A stretch of 64,000 nt of DNA from Candidatus Heimdallarchaeum aukensis (GTDB lineage: Archaea; Asgardarchaeota; Heimdallarchaeia; Heimdallarchaeales; Heimdallarchaeaceae), in contig CP084166.1 of assembly GCA_021513695.1 (NCBI GenBank), positions 96,001-160,000 on the forward strand, in the 5' to 3' direction. The translations under genes and the position numbers were made by a program. This document shows, in pieces, positions 18,941 through 29,284 of the stretch. The number at the start of each line of letters is the position of its first letter. Within the stretch, counting starts at the first letter, position 1. The notes beneath the pieces are model-generated. The model made no database searches, was not told where the DNA came from, and saw only the letters and a program-made list of their open reading frames with translations.

Positions 18941-21900
18941 ATGAAAAAAATGAATAAAATTAAAAAAAATGTTATCTTTCCAGAACCAGTCTCTACTATT
19001 AAAATCAGACCATTGCAAAAAACAGAAAAAGATTACAAAGAAATAGCTCGATGCTTTAATTCTTTCAATGACTCGGATTCTTGGCCTGATGGATTTGGTG
19101 GTTCATTTGTTTTTACTGAAGAGTGGGCAGAGAATGAATATTCGTTAAAAGATCTTTCTTCTCACTTTGTTGCTTTAACAAAAGATGAAGATCAAAAAAT
19201 TGTAGGAGTATGTTATTGTAATAGAAGTTCTCATTTAAAAGATGCGTGGTATGTAGCTCTTTTAGGAGTAGATCCAGCTTTTCAAGGTAAAAAAATTGGT
19301 AAATCATTATTGCTTAATGCTACTAGATTTGCTTTGGAAAAACAAGCAAGATTAATTTCACTTCATACATGGGGAGGAAATTTGAAAGCTATGCCTCTTT
19401 ATAAACGACAAGGATACAAGTGGAGACCAGATACAGTAGTTTACATGGAAAATTATATTCCCCAAATTCTTAATTTTCCTCTCTTTACACCAATATTTAA
19501 GCAAATATCTTGGTACGATAGTTTTAAACCTCATATTACCCAAGAACAAGATAAAGAATTTATTGAAAAAATGAAAATATATGAATATAAATTCCAAAAT
19601 GAAAAAGATGATTTCGAATTAACCACGTGGATTGACAGAACAATTGGATACATTAGTGGTTTCCATTTAAAACATGAGAAAGAAGATATTTCTATAAAAG
19701 CTTATACTCCTAAATCTGAAGCTTTTATAGGAGTAGAAAAATTTCCTGTTTTCTTAGAGATTTCTAATAATACAGATAAAGAAAAAACTCTTAATATTTT
19801 TCTAATTAGCTCTTCATCAATTAAAATAGATGAATCAAAGACAGACGAACAAATCAAAATAAAACCAAATACAAAGATAAAATTGTCTTTTAAAGGTTCA
19901 TTTCTTCCATCTACTCCTGAATTTGATGATAAGAGATTCAAACAATCTCTAGTAGAACATTACGTTTCTTTTAAAATTCAATACAATGAAACTGAATTTC
20001 ATCTGTATGTCGGTAAGATTCCTAAATCACCTGTAAAAGTTGAGATTTCACCATATTACTTAAATGTTTTACCTAGTTCAAAGACCTCTATTCCTTTTAG
20101 TATCAGTAATTTTACAGGAGAAAAGCAAAATTGGACACTAAAAATTAAAAATGGAAATTATGTCTCTTTTCTCTCTAATACTATAGAAACAGAAGTTTCG
20201 ATATATGACAACTTGGTTGAAGTAGATGCAGAAGTAGAAAATACTTCCACCACAGTAGACTATATTCAAGCTAAAATCTATTCCAACGAGATCAACAAAG
20301 AGATTGGCTCATTTGATTTACCTATATTGATAGTTAATAAAGATAAAGCCATTCACTATAAGATAAACCAATTCCACTATATCGAAAATAAGTATGTTAG
20401 AGTAAAGTTCGATGAAACTCCTTTAAGTAGTAATATGATTTATATAGATGATAAAAAGAGAAAACTCAAAATAATGGGGAATTCAATCGTCTTAGGATTA
20501 CCATTTGACAATGAAGGTTCAGAGTTTTACACAAAAAAACTTAACCACGAAATAAAAGAGTTGGAAGATGGAATATTATTTATAAGTACGTGTCTTTCTG
20601 AAAACAAAAAGGGTATAAAAGTTGTAAGAAAACTCTTTATTCCACATGATGCATCTCCATTGAAGATTAGTTATGAGCTAGAAAATACCACAGATAACAA
20701 AATAGAGAACATGGGTGTTCATTATGGATATTGGTGGTGGTCTGGACATCAACCACAAAAATATAAGATAATTCCATTGAAAGAAGGAATTTACTACTCT
20801 AATCTATTCGAACTATCGCTTGAATTAGGAAAAGATCCTTCAAAACTAAAAGAAGGTTGGGTTGCTTGTAAATACGATAATGGTTTTGCAGGTTTTCTCT
20901 TTAATTTAGAAAAAACAGACAAAGTATATTTAGATAGCACACTTCCACATGTAGATTATATTCTCCCATTTATTGAGCCAAAAACTAAAATTGAGCTTCC
21001 AGCTGTATATTTCTATTTTGCTGATGACTGGAAGAGTGTAAGAGAAAAATGGTCTGAACTCTATTTAGGTAAATATTTAGTCGATGAAGAAGACGAACAA
21101 CCTTCACCAATGAGGATTTATGGTATTTCATTAGGAAAAGAAGCATCAATTGTTGATGGGTTATTTATTGAAAAAAATAACTCTAAATTCTACTTTAATT
21201 TTGACGCCTTTCTACCTACTGAGTTTAAAGGGAAAATTCTATTCAAAGAAGGTAAAATTTATCCCAATGAAATAAAACTAGAAGGCAAGAAGATTGCTAG
21301 GTTCTCACAAGATCTAAAAATTGACGTTCTTGATACCCTTGAAACTTTAAAAGAAAAATTAATTCTAGATACAGGCTCATATATTGATGAAAAAGATATT
21401 GCTCTATGTTTCTACAGCAACGAAAAACCAATTAAAAAAGAGATTAACGAAGAAAAAAACAAATATATCCAAGTTTCTAATGGATTGGTTACATTTCGTG
21501 CAAGTCATAACTTCAATGGTGTTGCTTACTTTCTATCCTATAAAGACCAGAAAAATATATTCAAAACTTTTTGGCCAGAGAGTCCACCCTTTCTATGGGA
21601 TAACCGCTTTTTTGGAGGAATTGCTCCGCACATTGTACAATATAACAGTTGGGATTTCCAAGATTATTTGGATCTAAAATTTGAACTATTACCTGATGTT
21701 CGAAAGGGAAAACTTGAAGGAGTAGGAATGAAAAGTGAGATAATAACTTATTCTCCTTATCTTAAAGGCTTGCAAGTTACTAATTACTATTTGACACTAC
21801 CTGCTTCACCTTTTCTTTTAGTACAACAGCAAATTTACAACCATTCAGGTGTTTCTAGATACTTTAATCCAGTGATAAGTATAAACCTCGAACCATCAGG

Positions 21901-22255
21901 AACAACAGAAGATAAATACTACATTGATAATGGTGAGACTTATTTAACCTTTAGAACTCAAGATTTCGAAAGCGACGCTTGGAAACGCAAGAAAGGAAAA
22001 ACAAGATGGGTTGCTTATAAAAATAGAGATGCTCCCTATTATTTAGGTGTTGTAATCAACTCTAAGAAATTTGGATATACTGTAGAACCTTACATACCTA
22101 ATTTAAACATTTCAAAAATAATTGTGCAATCTCCTATAGCGAAAATAAAACCTAAAGAAACGCTTACTTTTGAAACAATGATAATATTTACTGATGAACT
22201 TGAAAAAATCAAACCATTTACCAATAATAATATTAGAGAATTAATTGAAGAATAA
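18941..22255 (+). CDS. GNAT-family N-acetyltransferase domain (roughly residues 20-170) fused to a roughly 940-aa beta-rich domain of unknown function
   Basis: VALLGVDPAFQGKKIGKSLL is the GNAT motif A (Q/RxxGxG/A). HTWGGNLKAMPLYKRQGYK is the GNAT C-terminal motif. No signal peptide is present. Total length is 1104 aa. Confidence 0.6.
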   Translation: MKKMNKIKKNVIFPEPVSTIKIRPLQKTEKDYKEIARCFNSFNDSDSWPDGFGGSFVFTEEWAENEYSLKDLSSHFVALTKDEDQKIVGVCYCNRSSHLKDAWYVALLGVDPAFQGKKIGKSLLLNATRFALEKQARLISLHTWGGNLKAMPLYKRQGYKWRPDTVVYMENYIPQILNFPLFTPIFKQISWYDSFKPHITQEQDKEFIEKMKIYEYKFQNEKDDFELTTWIDRTIGYISGFHLKHEKEDISIKAYTPKSEAFIGVEKFPVFLEISNNTDKEKTLNIFLISSSSIKIDESKTDEQIKIKPNTKIKLSFKGSFLPSTPEFDDKRFKQSLVEHYVSFKIQYNETEFHLYVGKIPKSPVKVEISPYYLNVLPSSKTSIPFSISNFTGEKQNWTLKIKNGNYVSFLSNTIETEVSIYDNLVEVDAEVENTSTTVDYIQAKIYSNEINKEIGSFDLPILIVNKDKAIHYKINQFHYIENKYVRVKFDETPLSSNMIYIDDKKRKLKIMGNSIVLGLPFDNEGSEFYTKKLNHEIKELEDGILFISTCLSENKKGIKVVRKLFIPHDASPLKISYELENTTDNKIENMGVHYGYWWWSGHQPQKYKIIPLKEGIYYSNLFELSLELGKDPSKLKEGWVACKYDNGFAGFLFNLEKTDKVYLDSTLPHVDYILPFIEPKTKIELPAVYFYFADDWKSVREKWSELYLGKYLVDEEDEQPSPMRIYGISLGKEASIVDGLFIEKNNSKFYFNFDAFLPTEFKGKILFKEGKIYPNEIKLEGKKIARFSQDLKIDVLDTLETLKEKLILDTGSYIDEKDIALCFYSNEKPIKKEINEEKNKYIQVSNGLVTFRASHNFNGVAYFLSYKDQKNIFKTFWPESPPFLWDNRFFGGIAPHIVQYNSWDFQDYLDLKFELLPDVRKGKLEGVGMKSEIITYSPYLKGLQVTNYYLTLPASPFLLVQQQIYNHSGVSRYFNPVISINLEPSGTTEDKYYIDNGETYLTFRTQDFESDAWKRKKGKTRWVAYKNRDAPYYLGVVINSKKFGYTVEPYIPNLNISKIIVQSPIAKIKPKETLTFETMIIFTDELEKIKPFTNNNIRELIEE

Positions 22256-22285
22256 AACTCTATTTACTAGAGTAAATCTTCTTTT

Positions 22286-24304
22286 TTATTTATTAAATCC
22301 TGTATACTCCAGAATCTCTTTGATATTCTTTTCATAAAATTGTGGTTTTACTGGTGCTCTCGGTATTTCTTTTATTCTTTCAGCAAGAGAAAGTGTCCAA
22401 ATTCTTATTTCTGAACTCATTTCAGAAGCAATAACAGCAATAATTCCGTTTTTTATGGCTTGCAAACTAATTGTAAAGTCTTCATAGAAAACATCCTTTA
22501 ATCTACGAATTTCTTTATCTCCAGTGATACTTTCTGCAAGTTGATTAATGGCCATTAGTAATCCCGAAAGTAAAATGTCATTAGCCTTCAGCTTTTCTTT
22601 TAGGTTAGAATAAACAGGGACTCCACTTTCGCTAATGACAAGTACTCCTAAAATCTCTGTCTCATGGTTTTTTGAACTTTCGACTTTAAGTGATAGAAGA
22701 GACTTGAATTGAGGAAGAATATAGTCGATTACATTTTGTTTTTTTATTTGTAATGTACCTGTTTTTTCAGAAAGACGGATATTTTTTTCTACTTCATCTA
22801 TATCTTTCTTAAGCGCATCTAGTTCTATTTCTTCACCTATCTTTCTGGCTTCTAGCAATAAATTAAACGCTGTCTCTGTATCTCCGTCTATCGCAACCAA
22901 AACCGCATTCACAAGATAACTTACTGCTAAGAGCTGATTATGCTTATATTCTACAGCTAATTGTTTGACTGTTTCACAATAGTTAAGTGCTAAATTAAGG
23001 TTTTCTTGAGTTTCAAGTAGTCTATAATATATTAAATAAGCTACAGCTAACTGAATGTTAGAATAGAGTATCAATTCTGTATCGTTAATGAGAGAAGCGT
23101 TTTCAAGTGCTGAATGAAGAAAGGAAATTGCACTAGTTAAGTTGTGTTGAAGCATTTCTAAGAACCCTCTGAGATAATCAACTCTAATATTAATCGAAGG
23201 AACTTCAAGTTCTCTCGCTAGACTTTTTAGTTCTTTTAAATATCTCTTAGCTTCTGCTATTTTTTCCACTCTTAAATAGTAATGAACTAGTTCAAATAAA
23301 ATGAATGCTTTGTGCATCGATTTTTCATTTTTCTGTATTTCATATGCAGCCAAAAATGATTCTTCAGCTCTATTATCTCCCAAAAGAAAATAGAGATTTC
23401 CAATTTCAGTGAGATAAAGATAAGGCCATTTTCCTGTGCTCTTTTTGTAAAGATTTATAGCTTTTTCCATCATATCTTTAGCTTTTTTTATTTTTCCTTC
23501 AACTGCTAATACTTCTGCTAAATTTCCAGTTGCGATAGATAATCTATAGTTATCATTGAATTGGCTATGGATTTCAATGAGTTTCTCAAAACATTCTATA
23601 GCTTCTTTAGTTTTACCAAAATAACTGTAAATGCTTCCTTTTACATTTAGGAATGTTGTTTTGCTTTTATAGGATCCATACCTTTCTATATAAGGGCTGA
23701 TAAATGAAAACTCCTTTTCATAATTTATATCTACCCCAGCGTGAAGTAACCACCATATAATATTATGAAACGCTTCGTGAAGATGGTGGTGTTCAATTAT
23801 TTCTTCTGACTTTGTTATTCTCTCTTTAACTATTTTTAAAATAGGTTTAATTTTATCTATTTCACCTTGTTGTCCATGAACCCATGATTGTATGTTGTAA
23901 ATTGCTGCTTGTATCTCGTTTGTTATCTTTTTCTTTTTTCGAATCTCTTTTTCTTGAGCATCAATTTCTCTTACTATCTTTGAATAATTTTGGGGGTTCT
24001 CTTGAAAATAGAGACTAAATAAGGAAACAAAAGGGTCATCAACTTTTTCGAGTGTTTTGATAAGCTCTTCTGTAGCCCGCATTTTTTGGGTCAGATAGCA
24101 GGTAAGTGTAGCTAAAGTAACTATTTGCTGGTTGTTTGAAGGGATAGTTTTCTCTTTTTCCAAAAGAATTTTCAATGCAGAAAAAGATCCTCTTTGAAGT
24201 TTCTCATTAGGATTAGGTGAACTCTGCTTTTTTACTTCATTTACAACAAGTTCTCTACTTTCTTCATCTAACCTTTTGAGCATTTCTTCGTATATTAATT
24301 GCAT
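22286..24304 (-). CDS. TPR/alpha-solenoid repeat protein with a C-terminal roadblock/LC7-like domain
   Basis: Repeated about 34-aa helical hairpins occur through the middle. The C-terminus reads ILGVLVISESGVPVYSNL...DILLSGLLMAINQLAESITGDKEIRRLKDVFYEDFTISLQAIKNGIIAVIAS, which is the roadblock pattern. Confidence 0.55.
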   Translation of the reverse strand: MQLIYEEMLKRLDEESRELVVNEVKKQSSPNPNEKLQRGSFSALKILLEKEKTIPSNNQQIVTLATLTCYLTQKMRATEELIKTLEKVDDPFVSLFSLYFQENPQNYSKIVREIDAQEKEIRKKKKITNEIQAAIYNIQSWVHGQQGEIDKIKPILKIVKERITKSEEIIEHHHLHEAFHNIIWWLLHAGVDINYEKEFSFISPYIERYGSYKSKTTFLNVKGSIYSYFGKTKEAIECFEKLIEIHSQFNDNYRLSIATGNLAEVLAVEGKIKKAKDMMEKAINLYKKSTGKWPYLYLTEIGNLYFLLGDNRAEESFLAAYEIQKNEKSMHKAFILFELVHYYLRVEKIAEAKRYLKELKSLARELEVPSINIRVDYLRGFLEMLQHNLTSAISFLHSALENASLINDTELILYSNIQLAVAYLIYYRLLETQENLNLALNYCETVKQLAVEYKHNQLLAVSYLVNAVLVAIDGDTETAFNLLLEARKIGEEIELDALKKDIDEVEKNIRLSEKTGTLQIKKQNVIDYILPQFKSLLSLKVESSKNHETEILGVLVISESGVPVYSNLKEKLKANDILLSGLLMAINQLAESITGDKEIRRLKDVFYEDFTISLQAIKNGIIAVIASEMSSEIRIWTLSLAERIKEIPRAPVKPQFYEKNIKEILEYTGFNK

Positions 24305-24430
24305 TGTGTTAATCCCTTCAGCTTATTAATTAAAATCTAGAATTTAAGTCTTTACTCTAACCGTGCAAATATTTACACTTAGACCATCGTGAAAGGAAAT
24401 TAAGGCTGGATGAAATACTAATATTTTTAT

Positions 24431-25237
24431 TTGAACAGTGAAAAGATTAGTATGAAATCTTTAATAGTTTTAACTCAACCAGAATGCAAAAGAATAATAG
24501 CAAAAGGAATTCTTAAGCATCCTCATTTTAAACATTCATATGAAAAAGGTAAAATTTTTCTTGCTAGAGGATCAACTAATGCTTATATTCTTGAAGAAAT
24601 AAAAAAGGAAGCAATCGAAAAACAATTTTATGTGGCAGGGCAGATTACAGGAGATAAAGAGATTATCAAAAGGTACGGTGGTGTTTCTTCTAATAAACGG
24701 ATGAAAGAAATAGTTTTAGAAAAAAAACAAATAAGAGAAATAGATGACTCAAAACAAGAATTAGAGAAATTTAGCTCCGAAGACTTGATAATAAAAGGAG
24801 GAAACATTTTAGATGATAATTATGTAGCTGGAGTTTATATGGCTCATCCAAATGGTGGAACTATTGGAAACATCCTCCCAATTGCTGTAGCAAGGGGAAT
24901 CCCTATACTTGTTCCTATTAGCTTAATTAAGAGAAGTTCTGAAGATGTATTTATTCTTGCTCAGTTAATGGGGAATGAAACATTTAAACCAGAACTTGTA
25001 ATGGGTCATCCTATTGGAATAATGCCTATTATCGGAGAAGTTTTTACTGAATTAGATGCTTTTGAACTTCTGTTTCCTGAAGTTGAATTTGTTCATATAG
25101 GTTCTGGAGGAGTAGGAAAAGCTGAAGGTTCTTTGCACTTTCTTATGATTGGAGAAGAAGATAAGGTGAAAAATGCTTTCAACGAAATTAAGAAATTAAT
25201 TGAAAATGAAAAGGATTACCAGCCTTTTATTGAGTAA
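24431..25237 (+). CDS. Hypothetical protein
   Basis: It is a 268-aa ORF with no recognised catalytic motif. It contains GSGGVGKAEGS. Confidence 0.4.
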   Translation: MNSEKISMKSLIVLTQPECKRIIAKGILKHPHFKHSYEKGKIFLARGSTNAYILEEIKKEAIEKQFYVAGQITGDKEIIKRYGGVSSNKRMKEIVLEKKQIREIDDSKQELEKFSSEDLIIKGGNILDDNYVAGVYMAHPNGGTIGNILPIAVARGIPILVPISLIKRSSEDVFILAQLMGNETFKPELVMGHPIGIMPIIGEVFTELDAFELLFPEVEFVHIGSGGVGKAEGSLHFLMIGEEDKVKNAFNEIKKLIENEKDYQPFIE

Positions 25238-25303
25238 ATAAAGGTCTTTTTTCTAACTTTTCTACCATATTTTTTTAAGTAAGCATATTATTTTTAAATA
25301 TCA

Positions 25304-26356
25304 ATGTCTTATAAATGGAAATTTATTATTAATCCAAATAGTGGATCTCAACAATGTGCAAAAAGATGGAAAGAAGCAGAGGAAGTTGTAAAAAAACAAG
25401 AAATTGATTATGATGTTTCTTTCACCAGCGGACCAAAGCAAGCAAATATCTTTGCTGAAGAAGCTGTAAAAAATGGTTTTAACAGAATTGTTGTAGCAAG
25501 CGGAGATGGAACTTTAAATGAAGTAGTTAATGGTTTAATGAACTTATCTCCAGAACAAAGGAAAGAAGTAGCTTTAGGAGTTTTGCCTTTTGGAACAGGA
25601 AATGATTATGCTACTACGCTAGGTTTCCCATGGAATCCAAAAAATGCAATTGATGTTCTTTTCAATAAATCAGAAATCTCACCCGCTTCTATAGGGAAAA
25701 TTCATTTGGTTGATACAGGATATGAAAGATATTTCATTAACTTACTAGATGCAGGTATTTCTTCTGAAGTAGGTTTAGGAAACAAAAAAGGAGAATTAAA
25801 GTTCATCAAAAGTGCAAGTAGATATACTCTGCTAGCTCTGAAAAAATTAGTTACTATGAAACAAAGAAAAGCTGTTGTAACGATTGATGATGAAAAAAAA
25901 TACAATGTTAGGCTTATGTTGTTAATTTTTGGTAATGGAATTTCATTAGGAGGAGGAATGATAGGCTGCCCAGATGCACATCCACAAAAAGAATTATTTG
26001 ATTTCTTTTTAACAGAAAATTTTACCAAACTTAGAACACTAAAAGGATTGATGAAAATCTTCAATGGAGAGCATCTTAAAATCAAAGGAGGAATCTATTC
26101 TACAGCAAAAAAAATAGAAGTAGAATTAGAAGATGCTATTCCATTTGTCTGTGACGGAGAGTTAGATATTCCTGAATCAATTTCTACTCACTTAATCGGA
26201 GAAATCATTCCCCATGCTATAAATGTACTTTATTACAGGGATCATAAATCTATAAAGTGGTTAAGTAGAGAAGAACTTGATAAAGGATTAAGACCCCTAA
26301 AAAATCAATATTTGGTTCCTCATTCAGAATTCCGTAAATGGCAAGAAAAGAATTAA
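25304..26356 (+). CDS. DAGK_cat-family lipid kinase (YegS/BmrU-like diacylglycerol kinase catalytic domain)
   Basis: The motifs are KFIINPNSGS, RIVVASGDGTLNEVVNGL (GDGT) and LGVLPFGTGNDYA. Confidence 0.75.
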   Translation: MSYKWKFIINPNSGSQQCAKRWKEAEEVVKKQEIDYDVSFTSGPKQANIFAEEAVKNGFNRIVVASGDGTLNEVVNGLMNLSPEQRKEVALGVLPFGTGNDYATTLGFPWNPKNAIDVLFNKSEISPASIGKIHLVDTGYERYFINLLDAGISSEVGLGNKKGELKFIKSASRYTLLALKKLVTMKQRKAVVTIDDEKKYNVRLMLLIFGNGISLGGGMIGCPDAHPQKELFDFFLTENFTKLRTLKGLMKIFNGEHLKIKGGIYSTAKKIEVELEDAIPFVCDGELDIPESISTHLIGEIIPHAINVLYYRDHKSIKWLSREELDKGLRPLKNQYLVPHSEFRKWQEKN

Positions 26357-26381
26357 AAAATTATTAAGCTTTTCAAACTTA

Positions 26382-27290
26382 TTAACTTCTTATCTTTTCT
26401 TTCCCTAAATAAGTTTCACAACCTTCAGTTGTTCTAGCTAAAGCAAGAAGTTTAGGTATTTTTTCAGGAATAAAGACCAGTTTACATTTAATTATTTTTC
26501 CTATGCTTTTCTCAAAATTTTGAACTGTAACTTCTTCCTCAAAAGTAAGTTTCTTGATTCTATAAAAAATCACTTTTTTAGGAGAAATTTGCTCTAAATC
26601 CTTATTAGAAACAGATAGTTCTTTTATATCTCTTATAATTAAAGGAAAAGTTCTAGTTTCTCGCTCAATAATTCGTATGTATTCAAATATTTCAAAGGTA
26701 GGAAGATAAAAAGCTAAAGTTTCTGAGAATAGTTCTCCTGTAGTTTTTTCTTCTTCTTTACTTTTAGCCAAAAAAGCATCATATACTTCTTTAGATACCT
26801 TTCTAATTGTTATATCTTTAAGTTTTTCAGGATCAGACGGGTAGATGTAACTCCCTTTTTTAATTACAAGACCTAGTTCAACAAGTTTAGGAACATCTCC
26901 CTTGAATTTAACATTATTACATTTTCTAATAGCATGAATAGTTTCAGATAATAATTTCCCGTCAACATCTTCACTAAAAATAAGATTGTTTATTCTTGTA
27001 AAGAAAAAGGTTTTCTTTCCTTTAAGTACTTCTAAGTCTTTTCTTGTTATTGTTAGTTCTTCTATATCTGAAATAACTTCAGGTCTTTCATGTCTTTTTA
27101 TTGGGTGAAATCGTTTTCGCGCTAATCTAAAAGGAGAAATGTTCTGATCTATGAATCCTGCAAAGAGAATGTTAAATAGTTGTCCTGTTGTTAGACCTTC
27201 TTTTTTTGCATAAGTTGAAAATTGATCATATAATTCTGAGTCTACATTTCTTATTGTAACATCTTTTAATTCTTTTTCACTGATTTCCAT
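26382..27290 (-). CDS. Protein with two ribbon-helix-helix (Arc/FitA-like) type repeats, a possible DNA-binding regulator
   Basis: The internal repeat is LKDVTIRNVDSELYDQFSTYAKKEGLTTGQLF and LKDITIRKVSKEVYDAFLAKSKEEEKTTGELF, a beta-strand then helix pattern like RHH antitoxins. Paired TGTATGAT motifs lie in the flanking intergenic region. Confidence 0.4.
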   Translation of the reverse strand: MEISEKELKDVTIRNVDSELYDQFSTYAKKEGLTTGQLFNILFAGFIDQNISPFRLARKRFHPIKRHERPEVISDIEELTITRKDLEVLKGKKTFFFTRINNLIFSEDVDGKLLSETIHAIRKCNNVKFKGDVPKLVELGLVIKKGSYIYPSDPEKLKDITIRKVSKEVYDAFLAKSKEEEKTTGELFSETLAFYLPTFEIFEYIRIIERETRTFPLIIRDIKELSVSNKDLEQISPKKVIFYRIKKLTFEEEVTVQNFEKSIGKIIKCKLVFIPEKIPKLLALARTTEGCETYLGKEKIRS

Positions 27291-27304
27291 GTTATCATAT
27301 GAGT

Positions 27305-27426
27305 GGTATGATTTGTATGATATAAATATTTCTATTGTTTTTAAAGTCTCATAACAACTCCAATATATCTATGTATTATGGATAAAGAAATATTTAAAAA
27401 GTATAACTTGTATGATGTGTATGATA
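27305..27426. promoter_or_regulatory. Divergent promoter region with two pairs of the direct repeat GTATGAT, one pair proximal to each flanking gene start. It is a candidate operator.
   Basis: The motif sits at 27306-27312 and 27315-27321, with a 9-bp period and followed by a TATAAATA box. It recurs at 27410-27416 and 27419-27425. Confidence 0.35.
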
Positions 27427-27445
27427 AGGTGTAAGGGTATTTAAT

Positions 27446-29284
27446 ATGTTTGTAAAAAAAACGAAATCAGTTTATCAAAAATCAATGTACATAGATAAAC
27501 AATCTCTTATAATTGAGAAATATAAAAACGCTAATAAATGGTTCTGGTCTGCACTTTTGCGCTATCCTTTTCATTATTTGATTGGCTTTCTTTTGCTTAT
27601 TGTAAGTACTTATTTAACTGTAAACACAACTGCTCTCATAGGGACAGCTCTGGACTACTTACATGAAGAAGGTTTTTCAACTAATTTTAATAAAACTATT
27701 ACTTTAATGCTTATTTTTGTTCTTTTCAGCTGGATTGCTCAATCTTTGAGTGTTTATGTCTGGGCAATAGCTTCTTTCAGAATTCAGAGAGATATGCGTC
27801 AAGAATTTTATGAAGTCATTCAACAACACTCAATGGCTTTTTTTGATATTAATGATAGTGGAATTATTCTTAGCATGGGTATGAACGAAATAAATAGTAT
27901 TAGACTGGCTTTTAATCCTGCTTTAAGAATGTTATTGAGTTCAGTTGTAGGAATTATTATTTCCATCTTTTTCTTGTGGAGAGCTGATTTTTATATAGGT
28001 ATATCAATCTCTATAGCTTTTATAATATATTTTGTAATTGCTTGGATTTATGCTGGAAAGGTAGGCCCTATAAGGAAAAAGTTAGCAACTGATCTAAGTG
28101 AGCTATCTTCATTAAGTCAAGAGATGTTTAAAGGTATAGATACAGTCAGATCTTTTGATAATGAGGAAAAAGAGATAGCTAAGTTTGAGCACGTAAGTTA
28201 TCGATATGCTGAAGATATGAAAAAAGAAGGATATTTAAGCGCCTTCTATTGGCCTGCACTTATTACTGTTGTTTTTACTGCAGGAGCTTTTGCTTATGGG
28301 TCATGGATGGTAGTTAATAATTATTTTACGATCGGGACATTAATTACGATTCTAGCTTTGTTAATGTCTTTAAATAGACAAAATTTCATGATTCCTGCAA
28401 GGTTAATAATGCTTCAAGGGGGGATACAAAACGCAAAAAGATTGTGGGCTAAAATTTCATTCCAAGACCCATTAATAGAACCTTCAGATCCACTCACCGG
28501 TAATTGGGATAAAGGTATTGAGTTTAGGAATGTTAATTTTGCCTACCCAGGAACAAGTAAGTATTCGCTCCGTGATGTTTCCTTTAAAATACCTGTTGGA
28601 GCTCGTGTTGCCTTAATTGGAGGGCCAGGTTCTGGAAAATCTACTATTCTAAAACTTCTTTTACGTTTATATGATCCCAATGAAGGGGCTATATTTGTTA
28701 ATGGTACTCCTTTAAACCAAATGCACACTAAATATATAAGACAACATGTAACTTTAGTTGAACAAGAAATTTTTCTTTTTTCTGATACCATAAGAGCTAA
28801 TATCTCTTTTTCTAAACCTGATGCGACAGATGAGGAGATAAGAATTGCTGCAGAACGAGCTCAAATTGCTCAATTTATTGAATCTTTACCTCAAAAATAT
28901 GATACTGTTATAGGTGAAAGAGGAGTAACTTTAAGTGGTGGTCAAAGACAAAGAATAGCTATTGCTCGAGCACTACTCTCTAATCCTAAACTTCTGCTTT
29001 TAGATGATAGTACAAGTGCTGTAGATATAAAAACCGAGTTAAGATTACGTTATGCTATGGAAGAACTAATGAAAGGAAGAACAAGTGTAGTCGTTACTCA
29101 AAGATTAACAACTTTAGTGGAAGCTGATATGATTATTTTGATGAAAAAAGGAAAAGTTGTAGACATAGGAACTCATGAAGAGCTCTTAAGTCGTTGTGAA
29201 GAGTACCAGTTTATGTGTAAACATTTACCAATCAACAACGGATTAGAGCCTTCAGTTGCTGAAAGTGTTGGAGGTGGAAGATAA
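27446..29284 (+). CDS. ABC exporter subunit (TMD+NBD, type I exporter fold), the degenerate-site partner of a heterodimer
   Basis: There is a 6-TM N-terminal domain. Walker A is GGPGSGKSTIL. The signature is LSGGQRQRIAIARAL. Walker B is LLLDDSTSAVD, with Asp in place of the catalytic Glu. The gene ends ATAATG, overlapping the next gene. Confidence 0.85.
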   Translation: MFVKKTKSVYQKSMYIDKQSLIIEKYKNANKWFWSALLRYPFHYLIGFLLLIVSTYLTVNTTALIGTALDYLHEEGFSTNFNKTITLMLIFVLFSWIAQSLSVYVWAIASFRIQRDMRQEFYEVIQQHSMAFFDINDSGIILSMGMNEINSIRLAFNPALRMLLSSVVGIIISIFFLWRADFYIGISISIAFIIYFVIAWIYAGKVGPIRKKLATDLSELSSLSQEMFKGIDTVRSFDNEEKEIAKFEHVSYRYAEDMKKEGYLSAFYWPALITVVFTAGAFAYGSWMVVNNYFTIGTLITILALLMSLNRQNFMIPARLIMLQGGIQNAKRLWAKISFQDPLIEPSDPLTGNWDKGIEFRNVNFAYPGTSKYSLRDVSFKIPVGARVALIGGPGSGKSTILKLLLRLYDPNEGAIFVNGTPLNQMHTKYIRQHVTLVEQEIFLFSDTIRANISFSKPDATDEEIRIAAERAQIAQFIESLPQKYDTVIGERGVTLSGGQRQRIAIARALLSNPKLLLLDDSTSAVDIKTELRLRYAMEELMKGRTSVVVTQRLTTLVEADMIILMKKGKVVDIGTHEELLSRCEEYQFMCKHLPINNGLEPSVAESVGGGR

